From Verrucomicrobiia bacterium (lineage in GTDB: Bacteria > Verrucomicrobiota > Verrucomicrobiia > Limisphaerales > UBA11358): a DNA stretch of 63,668 bases. The translations under genes were made by a program, and so were the position numbers. Below are positions 42,459 to 53,552 of the stretch, in pieces. Numbering within the stretch: position 1 is the first letter of the stretch; the number at the start of each line of letters is the position of its first letter. A model generated the notes under the pieces. The model saw nothing but the letters and a program-made list of their open reading frames with translations, was not told the DNA's origin and did not search any database. Location of the stretch: positions 1 through 63,668 of the forward strand of contig DASYEY010000153.1 in NCBI GenBank assembly GCA_036498725.1. Direction: 5' to 3'.

Positions 42459-43361
42459 ATGCTGGAACATACTGTTTCTCCCCTTTGGTTGTTGACGATT
42501 TATTGTCTGCTGGTTTTGCTGGCTTCGCTGGCGGGCGGATGGGTGCTGTTGCTTATCCGCCCAACCCATTCACGATTGCAGGTGGCGATCAGTTTCGTGG
42601 CCGGGCTTATGCTGGGGATTGCCACGTTGCATTTTTTGCCGGATGCCGAGGAGCAGTTGCATTCCATTGACCGGACAGCGGCATGGATGTTGGGTGGCTT
42701 TCTGGCAATGTTCTTTTTACAGCGGTTTTTCCATTTTCATCACCATGATTCTCCCGAAGGCGACCCGGAAGATTGTTGCCACGAGCATGACCATGGAGCT
42801 GGCCACGAGCATCACGCCCATACCTTGGCAGACAAGTCAGCCCAGCAACTTTCGTGGGTGGGCACGGCCCTGGGGCTGACCTTGCATTCCTTGCTGGATG
42901 GTCTGGCTTTGGCGGCGGCAGTGGAAGCCGGGGTACATGGCCGCACTGGGTTGGCGGGTTTTGGCGTGGCGCTGGTGGTAATCCTGCACAAGCCGTTTGA
43001 TGCGATGGCAGTTTCCACCTTGATGGCCGCCGGCGGCAGCTCGCGTTTTCTGCGGCATATCTTGAACGCGTTGTTTGCCCTGGTGAGTCCGTTGGGGGCG
43101 ATTTTATTTTATTTTGGTGCCAGTCATTTTACCGATGCCAACGCGGCCTTCCTTGGGTGTTCACTGGCGTTTTGTGCGGGGACTTTTCTCTGTATTGCCA
43201 GCAGCGATTTGCTGCCGGAACTGCAATTTCATTCGCATGACCGCTTTAAACTTTCCATCGCCTTGATTGCCGGTTTGCTGGTGGCCGTGGTCATCAAGCA
43301 TTTTGAAGATGATCAGGTTCAACCTGCGCCGGTGCCGGCCGTCATCCAACCGAGTCATTGA
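42459..43361 (+). CDS. ZIP family divalent-metal transporter with His-rich cytoplasmic loop
   Basis: 300 aa with about 8 TM helices. His-rich loop HFHHHDSPEGDPEDCCHEHDHGAGHEHHAH. The ZIP signature helix is HSLLDGLALAAAVE. Confidence 0.85.
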   Translation: MLEHTVSPLWLLTIYCLLVLLASLAGGWVLLLIRPTHSRLQVAISFVAGLMLGIATLHFLPDAEEQLHSIDRTAAWMLGGFLAMFFLQRFFHFHHHDSPEGDPEDCCHEHDHGAGHEHHAHTLADKSAQQLSWVGTALGLTLHSLLDGLALAAAVEAGVHGRTGLAGFGVALVVILHKPFDAMAVSTLMAAGGSSRFLRHILNALFALVSPLGAILFYFGASHFTDANAAFLGCSLAFCAGTFLCIASSDLLPELQFHSHDRFKLSIALIAGLLVAVVIKHFEDDQVQPAPVPAVIQPSH

Positions 43362-43373
43362 CTGGCCAGGTTT

Positions 43374-44270
43374 TCAGCCTAGCAAGGTTAGCACGATCCC
43401 GATCAGGATGCCGATGACGGCGGGCAGTTTGCGCCAGCCGTTGGCTTCCCGGAAAAAATATAACCCGCCGGCAAAAGCCACCAAGGTACTGGCCCGCCGC
43501 AAACTCATGACGACGGCAACGAGAGCCTGCGGGTTTTTCAGTGCGCTAAAATAAAGGTAATCTGCAACCAGCAATGCCAGCGCGATGAACGGTATGCTCC
43601 AACGCCAATGAAATTCATTGCGCGGCCACAGGCGCAATTTCCAACCGAGGGCGAACGGCGCAAAGAACATGACGAGATAGATGGAGAACCAGCATTGCAC
43701 GGTCGGCACGGAAAATCTCAACGTACTTAAAAGATACTTATCATACAGCGAACTGACGGCACCGAACAGCACGCCGATGATCAGAAACCAGAACCAGCGA
43801 TTGCGGTGAAAATGCACACCTTCGCGCGCACCCGCCAGCGACAGACCGACAAACGATGCGAGCGTGGTCAATACACCGATGGCTTCCAGCGGCGTGGGAC
43901 GTTCACCCAGGATCAGGATTGCTCCCAGCAGCGTGAATAGCGGGCTGGTTGCGCGGATCGGCGCGCCCAGCGAGAGCGGCAGGTGTTTCAGGGCAAAATA
44001 GGTTCCCACCCATGAAATCGCAACGATGCCTGATTTCAACATCAGTTGCAGATGTTGTTTTCCCGTCAACGGATCAGTGACCAGCGAAGGTGGCAACCAG
44101 CCCGGATGAATGGCATGGATGAGTAACAGGATCAACCAGACAGAAGCCCCGGTAAGCGTGCTGAAAAATAGTACGGGAGTCACGGCATTGGCCCGCACCG
44201 CGTGCTTGGTGCAAAGGTCATAAAGACCGAGAAAAAATGCGGATAAAAGAATGGCGGCAACCCAGGGCAT
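43374..44270 (-). CDS. EamA/DMT superfamily transporter
   Basis: 298 aa, ten hydrophobic helices in two EamA-like halves. Confidence 0.75.
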   Translation of the reverse strand: MPWVAAILLSAFFLGLYDLCTKHAVRANAVTPVLFFSTLTGASVWLILLLIHAIHPGWLPPSLVTDPLTGKQHLQLMLKSGIVAISWVGTYFALKHLPLSLGAPIRATSPLFTLLGAILILGERPTPLEAIGVLTTLASFVGLSLAGAREGVHFHRNRWFWFLIIGVLFGAVSSLYDKYLLSTLRFSVPTVQCWFSIYLVMFFAPFALGWKLRLWPRNEFHWRWSIPFIALALLVADYLYFSALKNPQALVAVVMSLRRASTLVAFAGGLYFFREANGWRKLPAVIGILIGIVLTLLG

Positions 44271-44451
44271 TTAAAAATAAAACCGGCGGACCAATTGAGA
44301 TCGCCGGTAAATAAATCGTTTCAAATTTGTCCGTTTAGTATGTCGAAAATATGCCGAGTCGGAAAGGGGAAACCCCGTGATGCGTGTTCTGGACGCTGGC
44401 TGGCTGATTTCCGCTTTTCCTTGCTTCCGGTTGTGGTAAAGTGGTCGAATC

Positions 44452-45885
44452 ATGTCGTCTGACTCAAATTTGAGCAATCCGGCAGCGGCCCGCCCGCCGT
44501 TGGATATTGCCGCGCTCGTGAAGGAGCACGCCGGGAAAAATTACGAATTGCAGGCTGATCATATCAATCCGGCCAATGTCCGCACGCTGAAGACCATCGG
44601 GTTTGATCGCTGCTATACGCGGGCCGAGGGCTCGTATCTCTGGGATGTAAAAGGCGATAAATATCTGGATCTGTTGAGCGGCTACGGCGTCTTTGGCCTG
44701 GGCCGCAACCACCCGGAAGTCCGCCGCATTTTGAAGGAGTTTCTTGACCTCGAATATCCCAGCCTCGTGAAGATGGAAGCGCCGTTGCTTTCCGGTCTGC
44801 TCGCGGCCGAGTTGAAGCGGCGGATGCCGAACGAACTCGACATGGTTTTTTTCACCAACTCTGGCGCGGAAGGCGTGGAGACGGCGATCAAATATGCGAA
44901 GTGCGCCACGGGCAAGCCCGCGCTCATCCATTGCAAAAAATCATTTCACGGCTTGAGCAGCGGCGCTTTGTCCATCAATGGCGACGACAGTTTCCGCGAC
45001 GGTTTCGCGCCGTTCATGCCGGATTGCCGCGCCATTCCGTTCAACGATCTGGCCGCGTTGGAAGCTGAATTGCTCAAAGGCGATGTCGCTGCTTTTATCA
45101 CCGAGCCAATTCAGGGCAAGGGTGTGAATCTCCCGGCGCCGGGGTTTTTACTGGCAGCGCAACAGCTTTGTCGTAAACACGGGGCATTGTTTATTGACGA
45201 CGAAGTACAGTCCGGCATGGGCCGCACCGGGAAGTTCCTCGCCATTGAACATGAAGGGGCAGTGGACCCGGACATCGTGATTTTGGCCAAAACCCTGTCC
45301 GCCGGTTTTGTTCCGGTCGGCGCGGTGTTGTGTAAAAAATGGATCCATGAAAAAGTTTTTTCCTCGATGCAACGTTCGGTGGTGCACAGCTCAACATTTA
45401 GTCAGGGAAGTTTTGCGATGGCCGCCGGCCTTGCGGCGTTGGACGTGATTGACCGTGAGAACCTGATCGCCAATGCGGCGAAGATGGGTGATCTCATCGG
45501 CCAAGGGCTGACGGCGATGATTCCGCGTTTCGAGTTCATGAAGGAAGTCCGTTGGCGCGGTTTGATGACGGGCATTGAATTTGGCTCGCCAAGATCACTT
45601 ACATTGAAGATCGCCTGGACGACGTGCCACACGCTCGATAAGAGCTTGTTTCCGCAGGCGGCGGTGATTCCGTTGCTCGATAAACATCGTATCATCACGC
45701 AGGTCGCCGGCCACAATGTGGATGTGGTGAAATTGCTCCCGCCGCTGATCATCACGGAAGCCGATGTGAATTATTTTCTGAAGGCGTTTGAGGATGTAAT
45801 GGTGCAGATGCACAAATTTCCCGGCCCGGCGTGGGATGTTCTAACCCGCATCGGCAAAATGGCCGTGACGCAGCGGGCGCGATGA
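44452..45885 (+). CDS. class III PLP-dependent aminotransferase (acetylornithine/GABA/putrescine aminotransferase-like)
   Basis: 477 aa. FTNSGAEGVETAIK, ITEPIQGKGV, IDDEVQSGMGRTGK, and the Schiff-base Lys in ILAKTLS. Confidence 0.85.
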   Translation: MSSDSNLSNPAAARPPLDIAALVKEHAGKNYELQADHINPANVRTLKTIGFDRCYTRAEGSYLWDVKGDKYLDLLSGYGVFGLGRNHPEVRRILKEFLDLEYPSLVKMEAPLLSGLLAAELKRRMPNELDMVFFTNSGAEGVETAIKYAKCATGKPALIHCKKSFHGLSSGALSINGDDSFRDGFAPFMPDCRAIPFNDLAALEAELLKGDVAAFITEPIQGKGVNLPAPGFLLAAQQLCRKHGALFIDDEVQSGMGRTGKFLAIEHEGAVDPDIVILAKTLSAGFVPVGAVLCKKWIHEKVFSSMQRSVVHSSTFSQGSFAMAAGLAALDVIDRENLIANAAKMGDLIGQGLTAMIPRFEFMKEVRWRGLMTGIEFGSPRSLTLKIAWTTCHTLDKSLFPQAAVIPLLDKHRIITQVAGHNVDVVKLLPPLIITEADVNYFLKAFEDVMVQMHKFPGPAWDVLTRIGKMAVTQRAR

Positions 45886-46029
45886 CGACGGCACCGGCAT
45901 GATTCGGCGCGAATAAAAAATTGGTGGATCAAGCCAGACTCAACGTCAGGATTTGACGAAGTTCATGGTCCGGCGCACACTGCGGAAAACGCAGTGGGCT
46001 TCAGGACTGTTTTCCAGGAGAGAACAAAC

Positions 46030-48363
46030 ATGAAAATCCGTTTTTCCAAATTGATCTGGCTGATAGCCGGTGGCTTGATAATTATTGGGATTGTTGCATT
46101 CCTTTTGATCCAACCCGAACGCGGTGCAGTACAAGCCGTGGCCAAAATCCGGGAAAGCCTTCGTCAGCAAGGATTCAAAACTGATCTTTCCGATTTTAAT
46201 TTTTCAACTTCTGATGAGTTGCGCTCCCGGATGGCTGAATTAAATGCTGTTCAATCAGCGTTAGGTTCCGGCGCGTTTGTTGACTATCCCGATCTGATGA
46301 AGCCACTTGATACAAATACTGCGTTGGTGATCTGGCAACAAGGATTTCCGCGTACCGGGGCAGGGCAAGTTCTATGGCCGGCCTTGCGCGAGGCCATATT
46401 GGAACAACAATCAGAATTGGATGAAGCGAGGGCGGCGATTTTATCTGGCCCGATCGAATTCAATCTCGATGCTCGTTCCGGAAACGCCATGTTGCTACCG
46501 CATTTGGCCGTGTTGAAAAATCTGGCGCTCCATTTCGGTAGTCGCGCCGTCTTGGCAGTTCACGATGGGAATCAAGGCGCTGCGTGGACCAATTTATTGG
46601 CGGAAACCAGACTGGTCACGGCTTGGAAAACTGAACCAGTGGAAATTTCCCAACTGGTTCGCTTTGACCTGACGACGATTGCTTACAGTGCGACCTGGCA
46701 GATGTTGCAGACCAATGGTTGGTCGGATGAAAGCCTGGCCAGACTACAGCACGAATGGGAGGCCACTGATTTTCTCACCAATCTTCCAGAGACCATCGCT
46801 TTCAAACGGGCTTGTCAGGTGAATCAATGCCGGTTGGAACGGGCGAGGCCGATTTCATCGGGTCTGACCGCAGCCGATTTTTTCAAGGAATTGATGCGCT
46901 CGCCACATGATGCCTGGTTGGAGCTGAACGGAAATTGGAAGCAAATCTGTTATCACGCTTATGGAACATATGTGGATGAAAAGGATCTGTTAATTTTTTA
47001 CCGTGATCGTGAAATTGAATTTCGCAATGCGGTGCAAAAATCAACCTGGTCTCAGATGCAGTCGTTGCCCGGGGTTACCAATAATATTTTTTTTCAGTCA
47101 AAATTCGCTTCACGGTTATCAGCCCTGATGAACCTGCATGAGATGAACCTGGCTTTTATGAAATTTAAGTCCAGCTTTCTTGGACGAGCTGCGGAGGCGG
47201 AAGCCCGTCGTCGGATTCTTATCACCGCCATTGCTTTGGAGCGTTATTGTGGCAAACATGGAGTTTATCCGAAATCGTTAGCCGGGCTGGTACCAGAATT
47301 TCTGAATACGGTGCCGCTTGATTTTATGGATGGCCAACCGTTGCGTTATCACCTTACGGATAATGGCCGTTTTATTTTGTATTCGATTGGCGATAACGGC
47401 GTGGATGACGACGGCCAAATTCAAACCCGCAAACAACGCCGGGAAAATGATCGAGAAAGTCTTTCATCCGACCGACTGATTCAATCTGACATCGTCTGGC
47501 CACAAGCTGCGACTCCGGGAGAAATGGCGGATGCCGAGCGGCAAAGTCAAATTGCCCGCGCCAATGAAACCGATGAACAGGAAGAATTGCAAACCACTAC
47601 GCAATGGGATCACACTGCGCAACGGCAGGCTGAAGTCGAAAAATTGCTGACGATACCCATGGTGACATTTACCAATCTGCCGGTTTATTCAGGGCATTTG
47701 CTGATCGAAATCCTTCATAATGAGAACAGTTCTGGCACCAATAAACTTTCCTTGCGCGTACTGCTGACCCTTCATCAAATTATCACGGGCGCCGAACCAG
47801 AAACGGTGACATTTGAAACCCCGATCGCTTTTGATGCGCTAACCAATATCGGTATGCTTCAACTTTATGTGGACCCGGCACTGGACGCCAATTCGGACGA
47901 GGGATGCATGGCGGTGCAATGTGAATGTGACCGTGCGACAAATGGTGATTGTCTGCTGGCATGGAGCACAATTTACGAATGCCCTGGAAAACATGCGTTG
48001 CAAGCTGGATTGAGGTTGAATGATCCGTCAGTCAATAATCCCGATATTGACGGCCCAATTTCGCCGTTTGTGATCAGTAATCTTTGCCAGTTTAGTTTGA
48101 CTTCCAGTCATTTTGACCCGGAAACGGGCGCGATGTTTCGCGTTAAATTGCCGGAACAAAATGGGCGTTATCACATTGATTTGAAAACAACGGACGGTGT
48201 GCTGCTCAAGTCCATCAACGGCACTACAGCAACCGGTATCATCAAAGAACATTGGAATTTAATGAACAATGATGGGCAGCGGTTTACGAATGATTTTTTT
48301 AACTCAGTTTTTCACATCACGTTGCCGGATTCTGGAAGATCGCAAACTTTGAACGGGCCATAA
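46030..48363 (+). CDS. large membrane-anchored hypothetical protein with an internal pseudopilin (GspG-like) globular domain
   Basis: ATG 46030 within track ORF 45994..48363. N-terminal TM LIWLIAGGLIIIGIVAFLLI. Residues ~395-470 (RRRILITAIALERYCGKHGVYPKSLAGLVPEFLNTVPLDFMDGQPLRYHLTDNGRFILYSIGDNGVDDDG) follow the T2SS major pseudopilin pattern. The rest is unassigned. The gene looks more AT-rich than its flanks by eye. Confidence 0.6.
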   Translation: MKIRFSKLIWLIAGGLIIIGIVAFLLIQPERGAVQAVAKIRESLRQQGFKTDLSDFNFSTSDELRSRMAELNAVQSALGSGAFVDYPDLMKPLDTNTALVIWQQGFPRTGAGQVLWPALREAILEQQSELDEARAAILSGPIEFNLDARSGNAMLLPHLAVLKNLALHFGSRAVLAVHDGNQGAAWTNLLAETRLVTAWKTEPVEISQLVRFDLTTIAYSATWQMLQTNGWSDESLARLQHEWEATDFLTNLPETIAFKRACQVNQCRLERARPISSGLTAADFFKELMRSPHDAWLELNGNWKQICYHAYGTYVDEKDLLIFYRDREIEFRNAVQKSTWSQMQSLPGVTNNIFFQSKFASRLSALMNLHEMNLAFMKFKSSFLGRAAEAEARRRILITAIALERYCGKHGVYPKSLAGLVPEFLNTVPLDFMDGQPLRYHLTDNGRFILYSIGDNGVDDDGQIQTRKQRRENDRESLSSDRLIQSDIVWPQAATPGEMADAERQSQIARANETDEQEELQTTTQWDHTAQRQAEVEKLLTIPMVTFTNLPVYSGHLLIEILHNENSSGTNKLSLRVLLTLHQIITGAEPETVTFETPIAFDALTNIGMLQLYVDPALDANSDEGCMAVQCECDRATNGDCLLAWSTIYECPGKHALQAGLRLNDPSVNNPDIDGPISPFVISNLCQFSLTSSHFDPETGAMFRVKLPEQNGRYHIDLKTTDGVLLKSINGTTATGIIKEHWNLMNNDGQRFTNDFFNSVFHITLPDSGRSQTLNGP

Positions 48364-48391
48364 AAAAGGCGGCTGTCAGATGACAGCCGCC
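48362..48391 (-). terminator. rho-independent terminator of icd (hairpin shared with the convergent 46030..48363 gene)
   Basis: Perfect 11-bp stem GGCGGCTGTCA (48368-48378) / TGACAGCCGCC (48381-48391). On the minus strand it is followed by TTTTTT (48362-48367). Confidence 0.75.
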
Positions 48392-48425
48392 GTTGAATTC
48401 TAAAAACGCAGACCAGCCCTACAGA

Positions 48426-49691
48426 TTACATGTTGGCGATGATATTGTCGCCGAACTGCGAGCATTTGATTTCCGTGCCGCCTTCCATCAAGCGCGCGAA
48501 GTCATAGGTGACACGTTTGCTGCCGATGGCGCCGTTCAAGCCTTTGAGGATCAAATCGGCGGCTTCCGTCCAACCCATATAGCGCAACATCATTTCGCCG
48601 CTTAATACGACGGAACCGGGGTTTACCATGTCTTTGCCGGCGTATTTCGGAGCCGTACCGTGCGTGGCTTCAAAGATCGCATGGCCGGTGACGTAATTGA
48701 TATTGCCACCGGGCGCAATGCCGATGCCGCCGACCTGTGCCGCGAGGGCGTCGCTCAAATAATCGCCGTTCAAGTTTAGCGTGGCGATCACGTCGAAATC
48801 GGTCGGTCGCGTGAGCACCTGCTGCAATGCGATGTCCGCGATGGCGTCCTTGATGACAATGCCCGCACCGGGTTTGCCTTCGGGGATTTTGCACCATGGA
48901 CCGCCATCAATCTCCACCGCACCAAATTCCGACTTCGCCAGTTCGTAGCTCCAGTCACGGAAACCACCTTCGGTGAATTTCATGATGTTGCCCTTGTGAA
49001 CAATCGTCACGGATTTGCGCTTGTTGGTGATGGCGTATTGCATCGCCGAGCGGAACAGGCGTTGTGTGCCTGTTTTGGAAACCGGCTTGATGCCGATGCC
49101 GACGAGCTCGGGCGTTTCGCCGAAACGGATTTTTTTGAAATCCTTCGGGAACGTCGTTTTCAAAAATTCAATCGTCTTGAGCGCTGCTTCCTTGCCGGCT
49201 TCAAAATCAATGCCTGCGTAAATATCCTCGGTATTTTCGCGGAAGATGACCATTTCAACTTTTTCGGGATGTTTCACGGGCGACGGTACGCCGGTGAACC
49301 ATTGCACGGGGCGCAGACAGACGTAGAGATCGAGCATCTGGCGCAGCGCGACGTTGAGCGAGCGGATACCACCGCCGACCGGCGTGGTGAGCGGGCCTTT
49401 GATGCCGACGAGATATTCCTTGAACGCATCAACGGTATCGTCCGGCAGCCAGTTATTAAATTTCTTAAAACTTTCTTCGCCGGCAAAAACTTCGAACCAG
49501 GAAATTTTACGTTTGCCGTCGTAGGCTTTTTCAACCGCCGCATCAAAAACCCGCACGGAGGCCGCCCAAATATCCGGACCGGTGCCGTCGCCGCGGATGA
49601 ACGGCAAAATGGGGTTTTCCGGCACGGTTAATTTGCCGTTGTTGATGGTAATTTTTCCGCCAGCGGGCGGGGTCACGTCTTGGTAGGCCAT
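48426..49691 (-). CDS. icd: NADP-dependent isocitrate dehydrogenase
   Basis: 421 aa. It is collinear with E. coli-type Icd: [69 protein letters not shown]. Confidence 0.95.
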   Translation of the reverse strand: MAYQDVTPPAGGKITINNGKLTVPENPILPFIRGDGTGPDIWAASVRVFDAAVEKAYDGKRKISWFEVFAGEESFKKFNNWLPDDTVDAFKEYLVGIKGPLTTPVGGGIRSLNVALRQMLDLYVCLRPVQWFTGVPSPVKHPEKVEMVIFRENTEDIYAGIDFEAGKEAALKTIEFLKTTFPKDFKKIRFGETPELVGIGIKPVSKTGTQRLFRSAMQYAITNKRKSVTIVHKGNIMKFTEGGFRDWSYELAKSEFGAVEIDGGPWCKIPEGKPGAGIVIKDAIADIALQQVLTRPTDFDVIATLNLNGDYLSDALAAQVGGIGIAPGGNINYVTGHAIFEATHGTAPKYAGKDMVNPGSVVLSGEMMLRYMGWTEAADLILKGLNGAIGSKRVTYDFARLMEGGTEIKCSQFGDNIIANM

Positions 49692-49883
49692 GATGTTATC
49701 TGTTTAATTGATTATTTATCTGCCAAATGAAAAGGCTGAACGCCCACGAAATCAAGGAAAGAAGTGTTTAACTGTAAAAACATGGCAGGAAGCTGTTCCG
49801 CCGGGGATGGATGGGTGTATAAATCTAAATCAATTCAGTTCAAGAATTACCCGCAATCGTCAATGCCAGCAGGCATGCCAAAT

Positions 49884-49914
49884 AAAAAACGGGCGAAGCT
49901 TTTGGCTTCGCCCG
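49884..49914 (-). terminator. rho-independent terminator of typA
   Basis: 10-bp stem CGGGCGAAGC (49890-49899) / GCTTCGCCCG (49905-49914). On the minus strand it is followed by TTTTTTATTT. T-runs on both sides make it potentially bidirectional. Confidence 0.75.
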
Positions 49915-49933
49915 TTTTGAAAGATACGGACAA

Positions 49934-51769
<1,836 letters not shown>

Positions 51770-51929
51770 AGTATAAAAAATAGTCGTATATCATGGCTTT
51801 TTTGCGAGAAAGGTCAAGCGGCGTATTCGCGGAAAATGGAATTGTCACCGTTTCGGCATAATCGGAAATGAACCCGGAATCGGGCGTGGACGGTTCAGCT
51901 AACGGCTGCTAGGCTGCCGCCAATAATCC

Positions 51930-53444
51930 ATGAAATTTTTCAGCTATCTTTTCGTTCTGGCCGCAGTCTGGTTGCCGGTGGGCTTGGTTGCCACTCCAAA
52001 TGATCCGGCGTCCCAACGGCCAGCGATCCGTCTGGCTGTTGTTGGCGCGAGTATTGCCGCCGGGTTTGGTACGGCGGATCATGCGCGGGATGCTTACCCC
52101 TCACAGTTGCAACGGATGTTGGGCCCCAACTGGGTGGTAGGCAATTATGGCGTCAGCGGCACAACCTTGATCCATAGCGGCGACGCGCCGTACATCAAAA
52201 CCCCGGAATATCAACGGGCGCTCGCTTTCAAGCCGGATGTGCTCATCATTGATCTCGGCGGCAATGACAGCAAGCCGTTCAACTACGAAGCGCATTCCGG
52301 CGATTTCATTCCTGATTATCAGGCGTTGATTGCCGCCTTTCGTGCGGTAAACCCGTCCCTGAAGATTTACGCCGCGTTGCCGGTGCCGGCATTTCCGCAA
52401 AACTACGGGATTCGTGATCACGTGATTGTTTCCAATATCATTCCCGCCACGGTTCAAGCGGCAGCGCTCGCGAATGTTTCCGTTATTGATCTGCACACGC
52501 CGCTGGCCGGGCAGGGCGCAGATTTTCCGGACCGGGTGCATCCCAATGAGACTGGAGCCAAGCTGATGGCAAAAGTCCTCTACGGCGTATTGCAAAAAGA
52601 TTTCCCGGGGCAGGGGTCGTCGCCCGCCAGTGCGCCGCAAAAAAACTTGCACGGATTTGAAGGCATGGACGTGTGGAAGGATATTGAATACGCCCAGATC
52701 AACGGACATTCGCTTAAGTTAGACCTTTATATTCCCGAAAATGTTTCGCGTCCGGTTCCCCTCATCATTGATATTCACGGTGGTGGCTGGATGGCTTTGG
52801 ATAAAAATGAAATGGTCGCCCGTAGCATCTTGCAACATGGCTTTGCCGTGGCGAGCATTGATTACCGTCTGACGCAGGAAGCGATTTTTCCGGCACAGAT
52901 CTATGACTGTAAAGCTGCGGTTCGCTGGCTGCGTGCCCACGCCGCTGAATACGGTCTGAGGTCGGACAAGATCGGCGCTTGGGGTGATTCCGCCGGCGGC
53001 CATCTCGTGTCACTGCTTGGCCTGACGGCGAATCATCCCGAACTCGAAGGCGAGGAAGGCAACCTGAATGTCTCCAGCCGGGTTCAAGCTGTCTGCGATT
53101 TTTATGGTCCGTCCGATCTGTGGACGACGAATCATCTCGCCAATGACGTTGCTGACCATGCCGTGCCGCGGTTGTTGGGCGGATTGATTGAACAAAATGA
53201 AGCGAAAGCCCGGCAAGCCAGTCCGTTGTTCTACGTCACCACCAATGCCTGCCCCTTCCTCATCGTGCATGGCGACCAGGATCCGATTGTCCCATTGCAG
53301 CAGAGTATTAATTTGAACGACGCCTTGCAAAAAGCCGGCGTTGCCTCGCAACTTTACGTCGTCAAGGGTGGTGGCCATGGTTTCAATTCGCCGGAGGCAT
53401 TCGTGGCGGTTGTGGCTTTCTTCAATAAATATCTCAAGGAATAA
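51930..53444 (+). CDS. secreted two-domain esterase: SGNH/GDSL hydrolase fused to alpha/beta-hydrolase (HGGG/GDSAG type)
   Basis: 504 aa with a signal peptide. SGNH blocks: VVGASIAAG, DLGGNDS, DRVHPNETG. C-terminal domain: IDIHGGGW, GAWGDSAGGH, VHGDQDPIVP, GGGHGF. Confidence 0.75.
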   Translation: MKFFSYLFVLAAVWLPVGLVATPNDPASQRPAIRLAVVGASIAAGFGTADHARDAYPSQLQRMLGPNWVVGNYGVSGTTLIHSGDAPYIKTPEYQRALAFKPDVLIIDLGGNDSKPFNYEAHSGDFIPDYQALIAAFRAVNPSLKIYAALPVPAFPQNYGIRDHVIVSNIIPATVQAAALANVSVIDLHTPLAGQGADFPDRVHPNETGAKLMAKVLYGVLQKDFPGQGSSPASAPQKNLHGFEGMDVWKDIEYAQINGHSLKLDLYIPENVSRPVPLIIDIHGGGWMALDKNEMVARSILQHGFAVASIDYRLTQEAIFPAQIYDCKAAVRWLRAHAAEYGLRSDKIGAWGDSAGGHLVSLLGLTANHPELEGEEGNLNVSSRVQAVCDFYGPSDLWTTNHLANDVADHAVPRLLGGLIEQNEAKARQASPLFYVTTNACPFLIVHGDQDPIVPLQQSINLNDALQKAGVASQLYVVKGGGHGFNSPEAFVAVVAFFNKYLKE

Positions 53445-53552
53445 GCGTCGAATTCTATGGTCAGGTGACGGGCCATAACCGATCCGTCACCGGCGTATTT
53501 TTCTGTCGCGCGTATTTTTCTAGCATTGTTCCAATTCGTGAAATACTTTCGG

